DNA of 64,000 bases, taken from Lentibacter sp. (GTDB lineage Bacteria; Pseudomonadota; Alphaproteobacteria; Rhodobacterales; Rhodobacteraceae). The notes beneath the pieces were generated by a model. It worked only from the letters and a program-made list of their open reading frames with translations, made no database searches and had not been told where the DNA came from. Position 1 is the stretch's first letter, and each line of letters opens with the position of its first letter. The stretch spans positions 620 to 64,619 of the forward strand of contig JADGEJ010000009.1 in assembly GCA_016744435.1 (NCBI GenBank), in the 5' to 3' direction. Positions 30,481 through 40,785 of this stretch are shown here, piece after piece. The translations under genes were made by a program, and so were the position numbers.

Positions 30481-31161
30481 ATGATCAAGCTGGAAAATGT
30501 CACCAAGAGCTTTGCAACCCCGCGCGGCCCGAAATATGTCGCGCGCAACATCAATGCGGTGTTTCCAAAGGGGCAGGCCGTTGCCTTGATGGGCCGCAAT
30601 GGCGCGGGCAAAAGCACCATGCTCCAGATGATGTCAGGGCGCACACCGCCTGACCAAGGCAGCATTATCGCGGAAGGCTCGGTTTCGTTTCCCGTGGGTT
30701 TTGCCGGTACGTTTCACCGCGACCTGACAGGCGCGCAGAACACTCGGTTTATCGCGCGCATTTACGGCGTTGACACCGACGAGCTGATGGAGTTCGTCGC
30801 CGACTTTGCCGAACTGGGCGGGCATTTTCACATGCCAATTCGCAGCTATTCCTCCGGAATGCGCTCGCGGCTGGCCTTCGGCATTTCGATGGGCATCCAC
30901 TTTGATACTTACCTCGTTGATGAGGTGACATCCGTTGGCGACCAAAGCTTTCGCAACAAAAGCGCGGCTGTCTTTCGGGCACGGCTCGAGCATTCGAGCG
31001 CCATTGTTGTCAGCCACTCTCTCGCCGAAATGCGCAACCTTTGCACCTCGGGCGCAGTGCTTGAGAACGGCGAACTCACGTTCTTTGACAAGGTAAACGA
31101 CGCCATCGCGCAGCACGTCGAGAACATGCAGCAACCGATTAAAGCCATCCTAAAACCTTAA
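30481..31161 (+). CDS. kpsT: Capsule export ABC transporter ATP-binding protein
   Basis: Walker A GRNGAGKST, signature YSSGMRSRLAF, Walker B YLVDEV. Confidence 0.88.
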   Translation: MIKLENVTKSFATPRGPKYVARNINAVFPKGQAVALMGRNGAGKSTMLQMMSGRTPPDQGSIIAEGSVSFPVGFAGTFHRDLTGAQNTRFIARIYGVDTDELMEFVADFAELGGHFHMPIRSYSSGMRSRLAFGISMGIHFDTYLVDEVTSVGDQSFRNKSAAVFRARLEHSSAIVVSHSLAEMRNLCTSGAVLENGELTFFDKVNDAIAQHVENMQQPIKAILKP

Positions 31162-31271
31162 ATTTCTCTGAAAATTCTGAACATAGGCCATGTTTTAGAC
31201 ATTGGCCCGATCTGCATCTTGCCCACCGCCTTTGAGACCAAGGCACCAAGTTTACGCTTGGAGCAAGATAC

Positions 31272-33833
31272 ATGTGGTTTGGGCAATCCACCCACCTAAC
31301 CGGATTACCAGAGGCCTTTAACGCCGTCACGCCGCAGATCGCGGTGACGACACTTGGTGGCGATATCTCAGTCTCTTTGTACTCGGGTTGGGAATATGGC
31401 CAAAGCAGCTTCTCTTTCTCTGTTGGGGACGGGCTTCTGTTTGACGGATTTGCTGATCGCACAGCCTCGTTCAGTGCTCTGGTGGTTGCTGGACAGCAGT
31501 ATAGCGTGCTTGACCACTACCTTGACCACCTGACCGACGAAGGCTCAGGCGCGAGCACCGCAACAGGCATCTATGGCTCGCAAACCGGGCAATACCGCGA
31601 CTTGGTCAACCTGCTGCATGTCGAGCAAGACGGGGTGTCTTACTTTGTTGCCTCGGCGGCCGCGGGCGAGGGGTTGAGCGTGTTCATCCGCGACGCAAGC
31701 GGAAGCCTCTCTGCGGTTCATTCGGTCAATGACAACAACAGCCGCTACCTTGACGGCGTCTCGACGCTTTGCGCCTATGAAAGCGCTGATGGAACGACAT
31801 TCATCTTCGCTGGTAGCCAGATCGAAAATGGGCTGACAGTTCTGGAGATGCGGTCCAACGGCACACTCTCTTTCGTTGAAGCGCAGGGCGTGAAAGAGAC
31901 TATCGCAGTCGCCACGCCGACAGCCATGTGTACGGTCCAGATTGGCGGACAGGGCATGCTCGTTGTGGCTGATTCTGGCACAAGCGCTCTGACGGTTTTT
32001 CTCATTGCTGATGACGGAACGCTCACACTTGCCGACACCTTCTGGGACAGTCGCGATACGCGCATCGGCGGCGTCAACGCGATCGAGCTAGTTGAGACGC
32101 CAGAAGGTGTTTTCATAATCGCGGGTGGAGCCGACGACGGGCTGAGCATTTTTCAGCTTCTGCCTTCGGGCACGCTCATGCACCTTGACACGATTGCCGA
32201 CAGCCTTGTCACTGGCCTCTCCAATGTGAACAACATCGAGGCAGCTGTTGTCGGTGGCACGATACAGGTGTTCGTCACGTCCGAGCAGGAAGCAGGTATC
32301 ACGCTTGTGAGCGTTGACATTCCGGCGGGCTACACCACTCGCACGGGCACTGCAGGCAACGACCAGCTGGCAGGCAACAACAACGCCAGTGTCTTTTGGG
32401 ATGGGGCAGGCCGCGACACGCTCACAGGCGGCGCGGGCAGTGAAGTTTTCGTGCTTGATGCCGACGGAGACCGCGACGTGATTGCCAACTTCACGCTTGG
32501 CTCGGATGTACTGGACTTGTCCGCGTGGCAAGGGCTTTACACCACCTTGCAACTGGACTTCACCAGCACATCCGACGGCGCCATTCTCGTGTTTCAGAGC
32601 GAAGAGCTCGTGCTGCAAACCACCACAGGACAAAGCCTTACATATGAAGACTTGCTTGAGACAAACATCACCGGGCTAACCCAGATCGCGGCACCTCTCG
32701 AGGTGCTTGGACCAAGCAACGGCAACGATATCCTGCATGGCACGAGTCAGGCTGAGGCGCTGCTGGGATTGGGCGGAAGTGACATCATCCGCGGTGAGGG
32801 CTCTGGCGACACACTGAATGGTGGCACGGGCAATGACACGCTTTTTGGCGGCTCAGGCAACGACACTTTAGAGGGCGACAGAGACAATGACAGCCTGCTC
32901 GGAGAGGCGGGCCACGACAGCCTGTTTGGCGGCAGTGGCAATGACACGCTTATCGGCGGTGATGGCAACGATGTGATGCTCGGCGAAGACAACAACGACA
33001 GCCTGTCAGGCGGCGCAGGTAACGACAGCGCCCAGGGCGGCGCAGGCCACGACACCATGCAGGGTGGCATCGGCAACGACACGCTGCGCGGCGGCACAGG
33101 CGCTGATGATCTCTTCGGCGACGACGGCAATGACAGCCTTTATGGCGACAGCTCGATTGACGAGTTGCACGGCGGCGACGGGCTCGACACGCTCACGGGC
33201 GGCATCGGAGCTGACACGCTCTACGGCGACGCGGGCGATGACCGATTGCTGGGCAACACTGGCGTTGATCTGATCTACGGTGGCGATGGCGGCGACTGGA
33301 TCAGTTCGGGCAACGGCGTTGACGTAGTTTACGGTGAGGGCGGTGATGATTATATCATCGGCCGCACGGGCTGGGACACATTGTACGGCGGCGACGGCAA
33401 CGACAGCCTGCTTGGCTCCGAAGGCCAGGATGATCTCTACGGCGGCAATGGCAACGACTACCTCTCAGGCGCGACAGGCAGTGACTACATCAGCGGCGGC
33501 GCGGGCAATGACACGATCTACAGCTCGCAAGGCCACGACACGATTGACGCAGGCACTGGCAACGACGCCATTTTTGGCGGCAGTCTGATCGACACCTTTA
33601 TCTTTGAAGCAGGTCACGGCGCCGACACGATCGGCGACTTCGAAGGCCGCCACGACATCTTGGAGCTCTCAAGCGCACTCGTAGGCTCGGCCACAACAGG
33701 CCAGCAAGTGCTCAACACTTACGGCACTGTGACCAACACCAACGTCTTCCTCGATTTTGGCGGCGGCAACACCATCGACATCACGATCTACCTTGGCCTT
33801 GGCACGATCACAGACAATATTAGCATTGTGTAG
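31272..33833 (+). CDS. RTX Ca-binding protein with an N-terminal beta-propeller-like repeat domain; predicted T1SS substrate
   Basis: The N-terminal half has repeats of about 55 aa (G[LI][ST]V[FL]....DG[ST]L[ST]). The C-terminal 380 aa or so carry GGxGxD nonapeptides. There is no signal peptide, and a GGAG RBS precedes the ATG. Confidence 0.8.
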   Translation: MWFGQSTHLTGLPEAFNAVTPQIAVTTLGGDISVSLYSGWEYGQSSFSFSVGDGLLFDGFADRTASFSALVVAGQQYSVLDHYLDHLTDEGSGASTATGIYGSQTGQYRDLVNLLHVEQDGVSYFVASAAAGEGLSVFIRDASGSLSAVHSVNDNNSRYLDGVSTLCAYESADGTTFIFAGSQIENGLTVLEMRSNGTLSFVEAQGVKETIAVATPTAMCTVQIGGQGMLVVADSGTSALTVFLIADDGTLTLADTFWDSRDTRIGGVNAIELVETPEGVFIIAGGADDGLSIFQLLPSGTLMHLDTIADSLVTGLSNVNNIEAAVVGGTIQVFVTSEQEAGITLVSVDIPAGYTTRTGTAGNDQLAGNNNASVFWDGAGRDTLTGGAGSEVFVLDADGDRDVIANFTLGSDVLDLSAWQGLYTTLQLDFTSTSDGAILVFQSEELVLQTTTGQSLTYEDLLETNITGLTQIAAPLEVLGPSNGNDILHGTSQAEALLGLGGSDIIRGEGSGDTLNGGTGNDTLFGGSGNDTLEGDRDNDSLLGEAGHDSLFGGSGNDTLIGGDGNDVMLGEDNNDSLSGGAGNDSAQGGAGHDTMQGGIGNDTLRGGTGADDLFGDDGNDSLYGDSSIDELHGGDGLDTLTGGIGADTLYGDAGDDRLLGNTGVDLIYGGDGGDWISSGNGVDVVYGEGGDDYIIGRTGWDTLYGGDGNDSLLGSEGQDDLYGGNGNDYLSGATGSDYISGGAGNDTIYSSQGHDTIDAGTGNDAIFGGSLIDTFIFEAGHGADTIGDFEGRHDILELSSALVGSATTGQQVLNTYGTVTNTNVFLDFGGGNTIDITIYLGLGTITDNISIV
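33252..33833 (+). repeat. Right arm of the large inverted repeat (core); partner at 11158-11739
   Basis: See the left arm. 184 of 193 encoded residues are identical, and nt similarity appears to be above 90% by eye. Confidence 0.85.
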
Positions 33834-33890
33834 GGGGCAAAGCGCAGAATGGTCCTTGCCTTTCGCACGCTCCGCGCAAATTGTGGGCCT

Positions 33891-35312
33891 ATGATTACAC
33901 CAGTTATTCTTTGCGGCGGTTCAGGCACGAGACTTTGGCCGCTTTCGCGTAAAAGCTACCCCAAGCAGTTCTCCCAGCTGACGGGCAAGCTGAGCCTGTT
34001 TCAACAGACGGCGCAGCGTTTTGCTGGCGCTGGCTATGCCGCGCCCGTGATTGTGACCAACGCGGAGTTTCGCTTTATCGTCACGCAGCAGTTGCAGGAA
34101 GTTGGGATAGACCCAGCCGCAGTTCTGATCGAACCTGAGGGGCGCAACACAGCACCTGCTATCTTGGCGGCAGCGCAGTGGATTGCGGCAAAGACACCAG
34201 AGGTGCTGATGCTTGTCACGCCCTCTGACCACGCGATCCCCGATGGACCGCTGTTCTGTGATGCTGTCAGCGCTGGGGTCTCTGCTGCAGAGGCAGGTAA
34301 GATCGTAACCTTCGGAATAGACCCAACCCACGCAGAAACAGGCTATGGCTATCTGGAACTGGCAGAGCCGCTGGGCAGCCGCGACATGCGCCCGTATGAT
34401 CTAAAAGGCTTTGCGGAAAAGCCCGATGCAACCCGCGCGCAAGCCATGTTTGAAGGCGGCTGCCACCTCTGGAATGCTGGCGTTTTCCTGACGGCGGCTT
34501 CGGGGCTACTCGCAGCGTGCAACACCCACGCGCCAGACCTTGGCCCGCAAGTTGCGGAAGCGATTGCACAGGGCCAATCCGACCTTGGGTTTTTCAGGCT
34601 GGCCCCCGTGCCTTGGGCCGAGATCACGCCAATTTCTATCGACTATGCCGTGATGGAAAAATCGCAACATTTGAGTGTTGTGCCCTTCTTCGGCGTCTGG
34701 TCTGATCTGGGCGATTGGCGCGCCATCAAAGCCCTCGCAAGTGATGGCGGGCAGCAGACCGCGACAAGCGGTGCCGCAATCGCGATTGATTGTGAAGACA
34801 GCTTGTTGCGCGCTGAGGCTGACACGCAAACAGTGGTAGGCATCGGCCTCAAAAACGTTGTGGTTGTGGCCATGCCGGATGCCGTGCTTGTGGCCGACAT
34901 TGCGCGCAGCCAAGACGTGAAAGACGCTGTTGAGGAGTTACGCGCACGCCAGTTGCCACAGGCTGAAGCATTTCCGAAAGACCACAGGCCTTGGGGCTGG
35001 GTCGAGCAGCTTGTCAGCGGTGACCGGTTTCAAGTGAAACGCATTCATGTGAACCCCGGCGGTGTGCTGAGTCTGCAAAGCCACCATCACCGCGCCGAGC
35101 ATTGGACCGTGGTGAAAGGCACCGCCAAGATCACCCTTGGGGAAGATGTGAAATTGCTGTCAGAGAACGAGTCGGCCTTTGTGCCTTTGGGCCAAAAGCA
35201 CCGTCTCGAAAACCCCGGGAAAGTGCCTGTGGTAATTATCGAAACCCAGACAGGCAGCTACCTCGGGGAAGATGATATCGTGCGCTACGATGATGTTTAC
35301 CATCGTGGTTAG
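33891..35312 (+). CDS. manC: Bifunctional mannose-1-phosphate guanylyltransferase / mannose-6-phosphate isomerase (type II PMI-GMP)
   Basis: MITPVILCGGSGTRLWPLSRKSYPKQF and a C-terminal cupin (SLQSHHHRAEHWTVVKGTA). I chose the ATG at 33891; the ORF track starts 14 codons earlier. Confidence 0.88.
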   Translation: MITPVILCGGSGTRLWPLSRKSYPKQFSQLTGKLSLFQQTAQRFAGAGYAAPVIVTNAEFRFIVTQQLQEVGIDPAAVLIEPEGRNTAPAILAAAQWIAAKTPEVLMLVTPSDHAIPDGPLFCDAVSAGVSAAEAGKIVTFGIDPTHAETGYGYLELAEPLGSRDMRPYDLKGFAEKPDATRAQAMFEGGCHLWNAGVFLTAASGLLAACNTHAPDLGPQVAEAIAQGQSDLGFFRLAPVPWAEITPISIDYAVMEKSQHLSVVPFFGVWSDLGDWRAIKALASDGGQQTATSGAAIAIDCEDSLLRAEADTQTVVGIGLKNVVVVAMPDAVLVADIARSQDVKDAVEELRARQLPQAEAFPKDHRPWGWVEQLVSGDRFQVKRIHVNPGGVLSLQSHHHRAEHWTVVKGTAKITLGEDVKLLSENESAFVPLGQKHRLENPGKVPVVIIETQTGSYLGEDDIVRYDDVYHRG

Positions 35313-35320
35313 GCTGGTGG

Positions 35321-36472
35321 TTAGTCTTCAGCGAGCACGCCGCCCTCAGGCGGGGTGTACTGAAAGGGCCGGCTCTCAAATTTAGCGATCGTATCCAAGA
35401 CTTGCTGGCCCAAGTTAGCGCCGCAAAACATGTTGTCGAGCCACTTTTGGTCGGGCGCGGAAAAGCGCAGGTTGAGCATGTCGTCAAGCGGGGTAATCAG
35501 CCCGCTGGCCGCGAACAGATCGCGCATTGGGACATTCAGCGGATCGCTAAAGTTGTCAACGTAGTCAAGGTTCACCATGCAAGGCAGACCTTCACGCACC
35601 ACATCAATTGCGGCTGTTGACGTGCAGGTGACGCCAAGTGCCGCATTCTTAAGGGCCTCGTCCATCGTGCAGGCGGTGGTCTTGAGGTTGTCAGGCAGAT
35701 CGCCAAGTTCAGCAAGCAAACCCGGATAGTCGTATATTTCTGTGTGCAGGTGCTTGCGGTTTTCTTGCGGCAGGTGGCGCAGTTTTATCCAGATAGTTCT
35801 GTCTGGGTTGGCGCGTGCCATAGCGGCCATGGCGCGCAGCATATGCAGCCGCCCGTTCTTGGTTGACGGGGAAAGCGCCTGCGTGAAAAAGTAGATATCG
35901 CCTTTGCCGAGCGTGCCTGTCGCGGTGGCAGGCTTTGGCGAGGTGAAAGAGGGGTGCCCAAAACAGACATCTTGCCAAGTAACATCCCAGTTTTCGGCAA
36001 GTGTTTTGTAGCTCCGGATCTCGTCGCGGGGGAACAGATAGATCGCATCAGCGTGGCGCCGGTTCCAAAAGCCGTTCTGCGGGGAAAAGTCGAGCCCGCC
36101 CAAAAACGAGATCACACAGGTTCGGCCCGCTGTCACGCGCCGCAACTTGCTTTTGAGCAAGTTACCAAGGCCGCCGTAGGTGCGGCTCGTCAGAACTGCA
36201 GAAAACGCGCCAGAATCCAGCAGAGGCTGGAAGTCTTCGTCGCGCACAACTTGGTCAGGCCCCTCGGGGAGCAGCATTTCCATTTGCCGAAATGACAGCG
36301 CATTCTCGTCGTAGACCCAGCCCATCTCTATCACGACATTCTTTGAGACAGCCTGCAAAAGGCTGCGCATGCGCAGAGCGAAAAACAAGGTTGAGTCGTC
36401 GCTGAAAAGTAGCAAAAGCTTCAGCGCGGGCTTAGTCTTGGTCTTAGGAGTGCTGCTTGCGGTTGCCATCAC
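35321..36472 (-). CDS. Uncharacterised protein, possibly a GT-B-like glycosyltransferase
   Basis: 383 aa in a two-lobe alpha/beta pattern, with a C-terminal TSTAAIDVVREGLPCMV that resembles a GT-B nucleotide-sugar lobe. The context is a glycan locus. This is a weak call. Confidence 0.35.
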   Translation of the reverse strand: MMATASSTPKTKTKPALKLLLLFSDDSTLFFALRMRSLLQAVSKNVVIEMGWVYDENALSFRQMEMLLPEGPDQVVRDEDFQPLLDSGAFSAVLTSRTYGGLGNLLKSKLRRVTAGRTCVISFLGGLDFSPQNGFWNRRHADAIYLFPRDEIRSYKTLAENWDVTWQDVCFGHPSFTSPKPATATGTLGKGDIYFFTQALSPSTKNGRLHMLRAMAAMARANPDRTIWIKLRHLPQENRKHLHTEIYDYPGLLAELGDLPDNLKTTACTMDEALKNAALGVTCTSTAAIDVVREGLPCMVNLDYVDNFSDPLNVPMRDLFAASGLITPLDDMLNLRFSAPDQKWLDNMFCGANLGQQVLDTIAKFESRPFQYTPPEGGVLAED

Positions 36473-36772
36473 TTATGGGCCTTCTCAAATTTGGCCAGCA
36501 CAGCTTGTTGCGTTGCGTTGTGTTTCCGATTGGCGGGTTTCAAGCTTTGCGCCCAAGAGGTGACTGCCTTTACAAGCTCGGAGAAGAGCTTCAACGGCAA
36601 GCCAAGCAAAGTAGTTTTTTTGAGGCGATGGAGCGCCTTACCAAAGGGTGTTTGCTTGAGTCTTTGGATCATGGGGCGGCTCTCGCGCTGGCTTGAAACT
36701 ACCTTGGCATTTACACAGCAAGCATTGATTTGTAAACGATAGACGGCTGGTTGAGCAGCGAGGGACATAGAC

Positions 36773-37975
36773 ATGGATGAGCATTTGACCAACCAAACAA
36801 TATTGCGGGCGCAGAATGTTGCCTGCGTTATTCTGGCGAGGGGTGGCTCAAAAGGCGTGCCGCACAAGAACCTGCGCAAAGTTGGCGGCGTTTCTTTGGT
36901 TGCGCGCTCGGTGCGAGCTGCCCGCGGGGCCCAAGATGTGGGCGCTGTCTATGTGTCAACTGATGATGCCGCGATCGCTCAGGAAGCGCGCAGCCATGGT
37001 GCGACAGTTATCGAGCGGCCAGCAGAATTGTCGGGTGATACTGCCAGTTCGGAAGCTGGCTGGTTGCACGCTCTTGGCCCTATTAGGACAGAGCAGGCTC
37101 ACTTGGAAGAGTTGGTATTCTTGCAATGCACCTCGCCCTTCACCACAGGCGAAGAAATTGATGCCTGCCTTCAAGCCATGCGCCACCAGAATGCAGACTG
37201 CGCCCTCTCGGTTGTCGAAGATCACTCATTTCTTTGGGGGCGCGACGCGACTGGCTTTGCCGTTGGACTCAATCACAACGAACAGGAACAACGCCAGCGC
37301 CGCCAAGACTTGCCGCCGCAATATTGCGAGAACGGCGCGATATATTGCGCCCGTGTTGAGGCATTCGAGCGGGTCGGCCGCCGTTTTTGTGGCCCCGTCG
37401 CTTTGCATGTCGTTGATCATCCGCCTGTTGAAATTGACAGCTTCGCAGACTTAGACCTGTGCAGCCAAATCGCCCACACGCGCGGCGCTGCCGAAGTTGG
37501 TGCTGATAGGCTCAAACAGATCAAAGCTGTGGTTATGGACTTTGACGGCGTGCACACCGACAACCTCGTGCTGACCGATGAAAACGGCGTTGAAACTGTG
37601 CGCACCTCGCGTGGCGACGGCATGGGCCTGTCGATGTTGCGCCGATCAGGCCGCGCCAAACTGATGATCCTGTCAAAGGAGCGTAACCCTGTGGTGCTTC
37701 GCCGAGCCGAGAAGCTGCAGATCGAGGTTTACAATGCGGTTGATGACAAAGTCGCAGCACTTGAGGCGTGGCTTGCAGAGCACAACCTAAGTTGGAGCGA
37801 GTTGCTCTATGTTGGAAATGACGTGAACGACAGTGCGGCAATGGCGCGCGCTGGCCTGTCTGCCTGCCCGTCAGACTCGCATGTGTCTGTGCTCTCGGAA
37901 GCGGACTGGATTTTGCCTTACGCAGGTGGCCAAGGCGCGTTAAGATATCTTTGTGATACTATGGTTAACCAGTGA
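36773..37975 (+). CDS. CMP-nonulosonate synthetase (NeuA-like) fused to a KdsC-type HAD phosphatase domain
   Basis: N-terminal ACVILARGGSKGVPHKNLRKVGG (CTP_transf_3). C-terminal VVMDFDGVHTDN ... GDGMG ... YVGNDVNDSAAM, which are HAD-IIIA motifs I-IV. Confidence 0.8.
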   Translation: MDEHLTNQTILRAQNVACVILARGGSKGVPHKNLRKVGGVSLVARSVRAARGAQDVGAVYVSTDDAAIAQEARSHGATVIERPAELSGDTASSEAGWLHALGPIRTEQAHLEELVFLQCTSPFTTGEEIDACLQAMRHQNADCALSVVEDHSFLWGRDATGFAVGLNHNEQEQRQRRQDLPPQYCENGAIYCARVEAFERVGRRFCGPVALHVVDHPPVEIDSFADLDLCSQIAHTRGAAEVGADRLKQIKAVVMDFDGVHTDNLVLTDENGVETVRTSRGDGMGLSMLRRSGRAKLMILSKERNPVVLRRAEKLQIEVYNAVDDKVAALEAWLAEHNLSWSELLYVGNDVNDSAAMARAGLSACPSDSHVSVLSEADWILPYAGGQGALRYLCDTMVNQ

Positions 37976-37978
37976 TAT

Positions 37979-38764
37979 ATGAGTAAAACATCTGACGTTT
38001 ACATTGTGGCTGGTAACGGCCTTTCGCTAAACAAGATAGAACCGGGCCGTGTGTTGAGCGACGATGTCTTCATTCGGACCAATAATTTCTTCTTTGAACC
38101 TGATTACTACCTCGGGCGTCGCATAGATTACGCGTTCATGGGCGGCGATCCGCGTGTTTCTCCGTTCATGTTTGAAACCCTGCACCAATGCCGCGAAGAC
38201 TATTCGCTTCACAAATGGACAAGCCACGACGCACGTGTGATCCGCGCTGGCCAAAAACGGTTTGCCGAAAATTTTCAGCCAATGGCTGTGCTTGACCCTG
38301 CCTTGCGTGCCGAAGTTGACAGCCTTGTGCAGGCCCATGGCAAGCAGCCAACCACAGGCGCGCAGGCCGCGTTGTTTGCCTGTGCGATGGGGGCGAAGCA
38401 GATCATTCTGGCCGGTTTTGACCTCTATTCCAAAGGCAAGCGCTATCCGTTTGAGCCGGGGCCAAACTTCAAGTCGCTTATGGGCCAGGACATTGGCAAT
38501 CGCGCGATCGACACGCGACTTCACGATGCAACGCTTGATCGCGAAATTCTGTTGTTGCTGGCGCGCAAAGGCGGGGTAGAGATTTTCTGCGCCACCGAAG
38601 CCTCAGCCCTGAGCGATCTTTTCCCGCTTGCCCCGATGCGCCACGGGGAAGCGGTGTTTGAAAACCGCAGTAATCCTCCCACAGATTGGGCCTCTTGGGT
38701 GGGCCTCTACCCGATTGGCTTGCTTAAGCTGCTCCGAAAGGGTAGCGCATTTGTGAGGAAATAG
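37979..38764 (+). CDS. GT42-family (CstII-like) sialyltransferase
   Basis: VYIVAGNGLSLNKI, DVFIRTNNFFFEPDYYLGRR, PTTGAQAALFACAMGAKQIILAGFDLY and RLHDATLD align with the C. jejuni CstII blocks IIAGNGPSL, FRCNQFYFEDKYYLG, TSGVYM..A..GYKEIYLSGIDFY and the His188 region. Confidence 0.8.
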   Translation: MSKTSDVYIVAGNGLSLNKIEPGRVLSDDVFIRTNNFFFEPDYYLGRRIDYAFMGGDPRVSPFMFETLHQCREDYSLHKWTSHDARVIRAGQKRFAENFQPMAVLDPALRAEVDSLVQAHGKQPTTGAQAALFACAMGAKQIILAGFDLYSKGKRYPFEPGPNFKSLMGQDIGNRAIDTRLHDATLDREILLLLARKGGVEIFCATEASALSDLFPLAPMRHGEAVFENRSNPPTDWASWVGLYPIGLLKLLRKGSAFVRK

Positions 38765-38780
38765 AGGATGTTCCGGCAGA

Positions 38781-39872
38781 ATGGTGCCTTTTTTCAAAGA
38801 TCCTGAAGATGTGCAGAACTGGCTCGACCAAGACGCATTTGTGCTTTGGGCCGATGCGGGGATCGACACTGCTACAGGCGCGTCTTGGGAAGCGCTCAAC
38901 CACGATGGAACACCCTGCAAGAACCTTGACCGCCGCATAAGAGTGCAGGCACGACAGGCGTTTTGCTTTTCGCAGTCGCCTGCCAAAGTGCATCACGGCC
39001 TTGCAGAGCGCCTGTTTCGCAATGTGATGGCGCGCGGGTTTGAGCCTGCCACAGGCCACTTGGCAGCGCTTTGGTCGCCTGACCTTGAGATTGTCTCTGC
39101 TCCGCATGATCTGTATGATCTGGCCTTCATGCTGCTCGCCTGCGCGGCCCTCTTGGAAGCTGGCCACGATGTCGGCGATGACTTGCGCAGGCTTGAAGAA
39201 AGCCTCGCTAGGCTCAAAGCAAAGCGAGGCTGGGTTGAGACTGCTGACTGCCGACTGCCGAGGCGTCAAAACCCGCATATGCATTTGTTTGAGGCCTCGA
39301 TTGCACTGTTCAAAGCCACGGGTGCTCCGCGCTTTCGGGTGCAGGCTCAAGAGTGTCTGGGGCTGTTCAAGGACGTGTTTTTGCAGCCCTCAGGCGTTGT
39401 TTCTGAGTATTTTGATGCCGACTGGGCGCCATACAGCGGTGCCGCTCAAGGCGTTGAACCGGGGCATATGGCCGAGTGGATATATCTGCTTCAGCACTAC
39501 GAAAGCGTCACTGGTCTTAGCTCGGGCGTTGACCTTGAGCAGGTTTGGGGCAAGGTTTTGGCTGGCCAAAACGCGATCGGCCTTCTGCGCGACCAGAACG
39601 CCAAAGGCAGCAGCACGAGCCGTATGTGGCCGCAAACCGAGTTTTTGAAAGCGTCAATCGTTGTGAGCAACGCTGGGGTTTCCGTGCCGGCCACTGCCCA
39701 GCCCAGCCAGATTCTGGAGCGTTTGGCACAGAACTTTCTGAACAGTGAAATCAGGGGCGGCTGGTATGACAAGCGCGGCGAAGACGGTCGCCTGCTGTCG
39801 CAAAACATGCCGGCTTCAAGCCTTTACCATCTCGTGCTCGCTGTGCGTGCCTATGTGAACTTCAAGAGCTGA
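38781..39872 (+). CDS. AGE-family (N-acylglucosamine 2-epimerase / aldose-ketose isomerase) protein
   Basis: An (alpha/alpha)6-barrel pattern with W..DAFVLWADAGID, RVQARQAFCFS, HMHLFEA and GHMAEW. Confidence 0.7.
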   Translation: MVPFFKDPEDVQNWLDQDAFVLWADAGIDTATGASWEALNHDGTPCKNLDRRIRVQARQAFCFSQSPAKVHHGLAERLFRNVMARGFEPATGHLAALWSPDLEIVSAPHDLYDLAFMLLACAALLEAGHDVGDDLRRLEESLARLKAKRGWVETADCRLPRRQNPHMHLFEASIALFKATGAPRFRVQAQECLGLFKDVFLQPSGVVSEYFDADWAPYSGAAQGVEPGHMAEWIYLLQHYESVTGLSSGVDLEQVWGKVLAGQNAIGLLRDQNAKGSSTSRMWPQTEFLKASIVVSNAGVSVPATAQPSQILERLAQNFLNSEIRGGWYDKRGEDGRLLSQNMPASSLYHLVLAVRAYVNFKS

Positions 39873-39873
39873 C

Positions 39874-40785
39874 TTAGCCTTGGTTAACCCACTTCAGTTT
39901 GTCGCGCTGCACCTGTTCAACAGGCAGGATGTCTTGCGACTTGTGGCTTAGGGCTGCGTCAACATTTGTCAGGTCACGGCACAGGCGGCGCATGCCGTCA
40001 GGCTCAAGTGAGGCCGCGTGGTCGGTGCCCTTCCACGTGCGATCAAGTGTAAAGTGGCGCTCGACGTGTGTGAAGCGGCCCTTGCCGTCAGCTTCCATCG
40101 CGCGGCCCAAAGCCAGCGCAGCAACATCAGCCGCAATACCAAGGTGGTGGCCTGAAAAGCCGATGCCGCCAACGCGCTCGCCGTATTTTTCCATCAGGTT
40201 GCGGATTTCAAACAAGCAGATGTCCTCAAAAGCAACCGGATAGCCTGAGGTGCAGCTGTAAACATACAGGTCTTTGGCGCGGCCACGTTCTTCGTAAAAT
40301 GCGACGAGTTCAGCGATTTCAGTGCCAGTAGACATGCCGGTCGAAACGTGGATCTCGCCGGCGAAGTGCTCGCACAGGTAGTTTTGAAGTTCATAGTGTT
40401 GGTTTGTTGCTGAAGGAATCTTCAACAATGGTGGGTTAAGTGCTGCCATTTCCTGCGCTGAGATCAAGTCCCAGACGCTGGTGGAATATGCAATGCCAAG
40501 GTCTTTGCAGTAAGTGATCAGCTCTTTGTGCTGGTCTGTGTCAAACTCAAGAAACTCGCGGTGCGCGCCGTAAGTGTCGCCATATGAGTTGGCAGGGTTC
40601 GGGTGCGGCGCCTCATATTGGGCTGGTGGCAAAAGTGACTTGTTGTGGCGCTTCTGAAACTTGGCAACATCGGCCCCACAAACTGTCGCGGCAACTTTGA
40701 TCAGCTCCTTGGCAAGATCCATCTCGCCTTTGTGGTTGCAGCCGATCTCGGCAATGACTTGAACAGGTTGTTTTGTCGTGCTCAT
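39874..40785 (-). CDS. NeuB-family nonulosonate (Neu5Ac/Kdn or 9-phosphate) synthase, short form apparently lacking a full SAF domain
   Basis: VQVIAEIGCNHKGEMDLAKELIKVAATVCGADVAKFQKR and GFSGHH. I chose the ATG at 40785 (303 aa); the ORF track starts 24 codons earlier. Confidence 0.75.
   Translation of the reverse strand: MSTTKQPVQVIAEIGCNHKGEMDLAKELIKVAATVCGADVAKFQKRHNKSLLPPAQYEAPHPNPANSYGDTYGAHREFLEFDTDQHKELITYCKDLGIAYSTSVWDLISAQEMAALNPPLLKIPSATNQHYELQNYLCEHFAGEIHVSTGMSTGTEIAELVAFYEERGRAKDLYVYSCTSGYPVAFEDICLFEIRNLMEKYGERVGGIGFSGHHLGIAADVAALALGRAMEADGKGRFTHVERHFTLDRTWKGTDHAASLEPDGMRRLCRDLTNVDAALSHKSQDILPVEQVQRDKLKWVNQG

Noticed and set aside
36469-36879. 136-aa minus-strand ORF spanning the divergent promoter between the 383-aa gene and the neuA-HAD fusion
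   Set aside because: It overlaps the start of the well-supported neuA-HAD gene on the opposite strand and abuts the 5' end of the 383-aa gene on its own strand. It has no motifs and is likely spurious.
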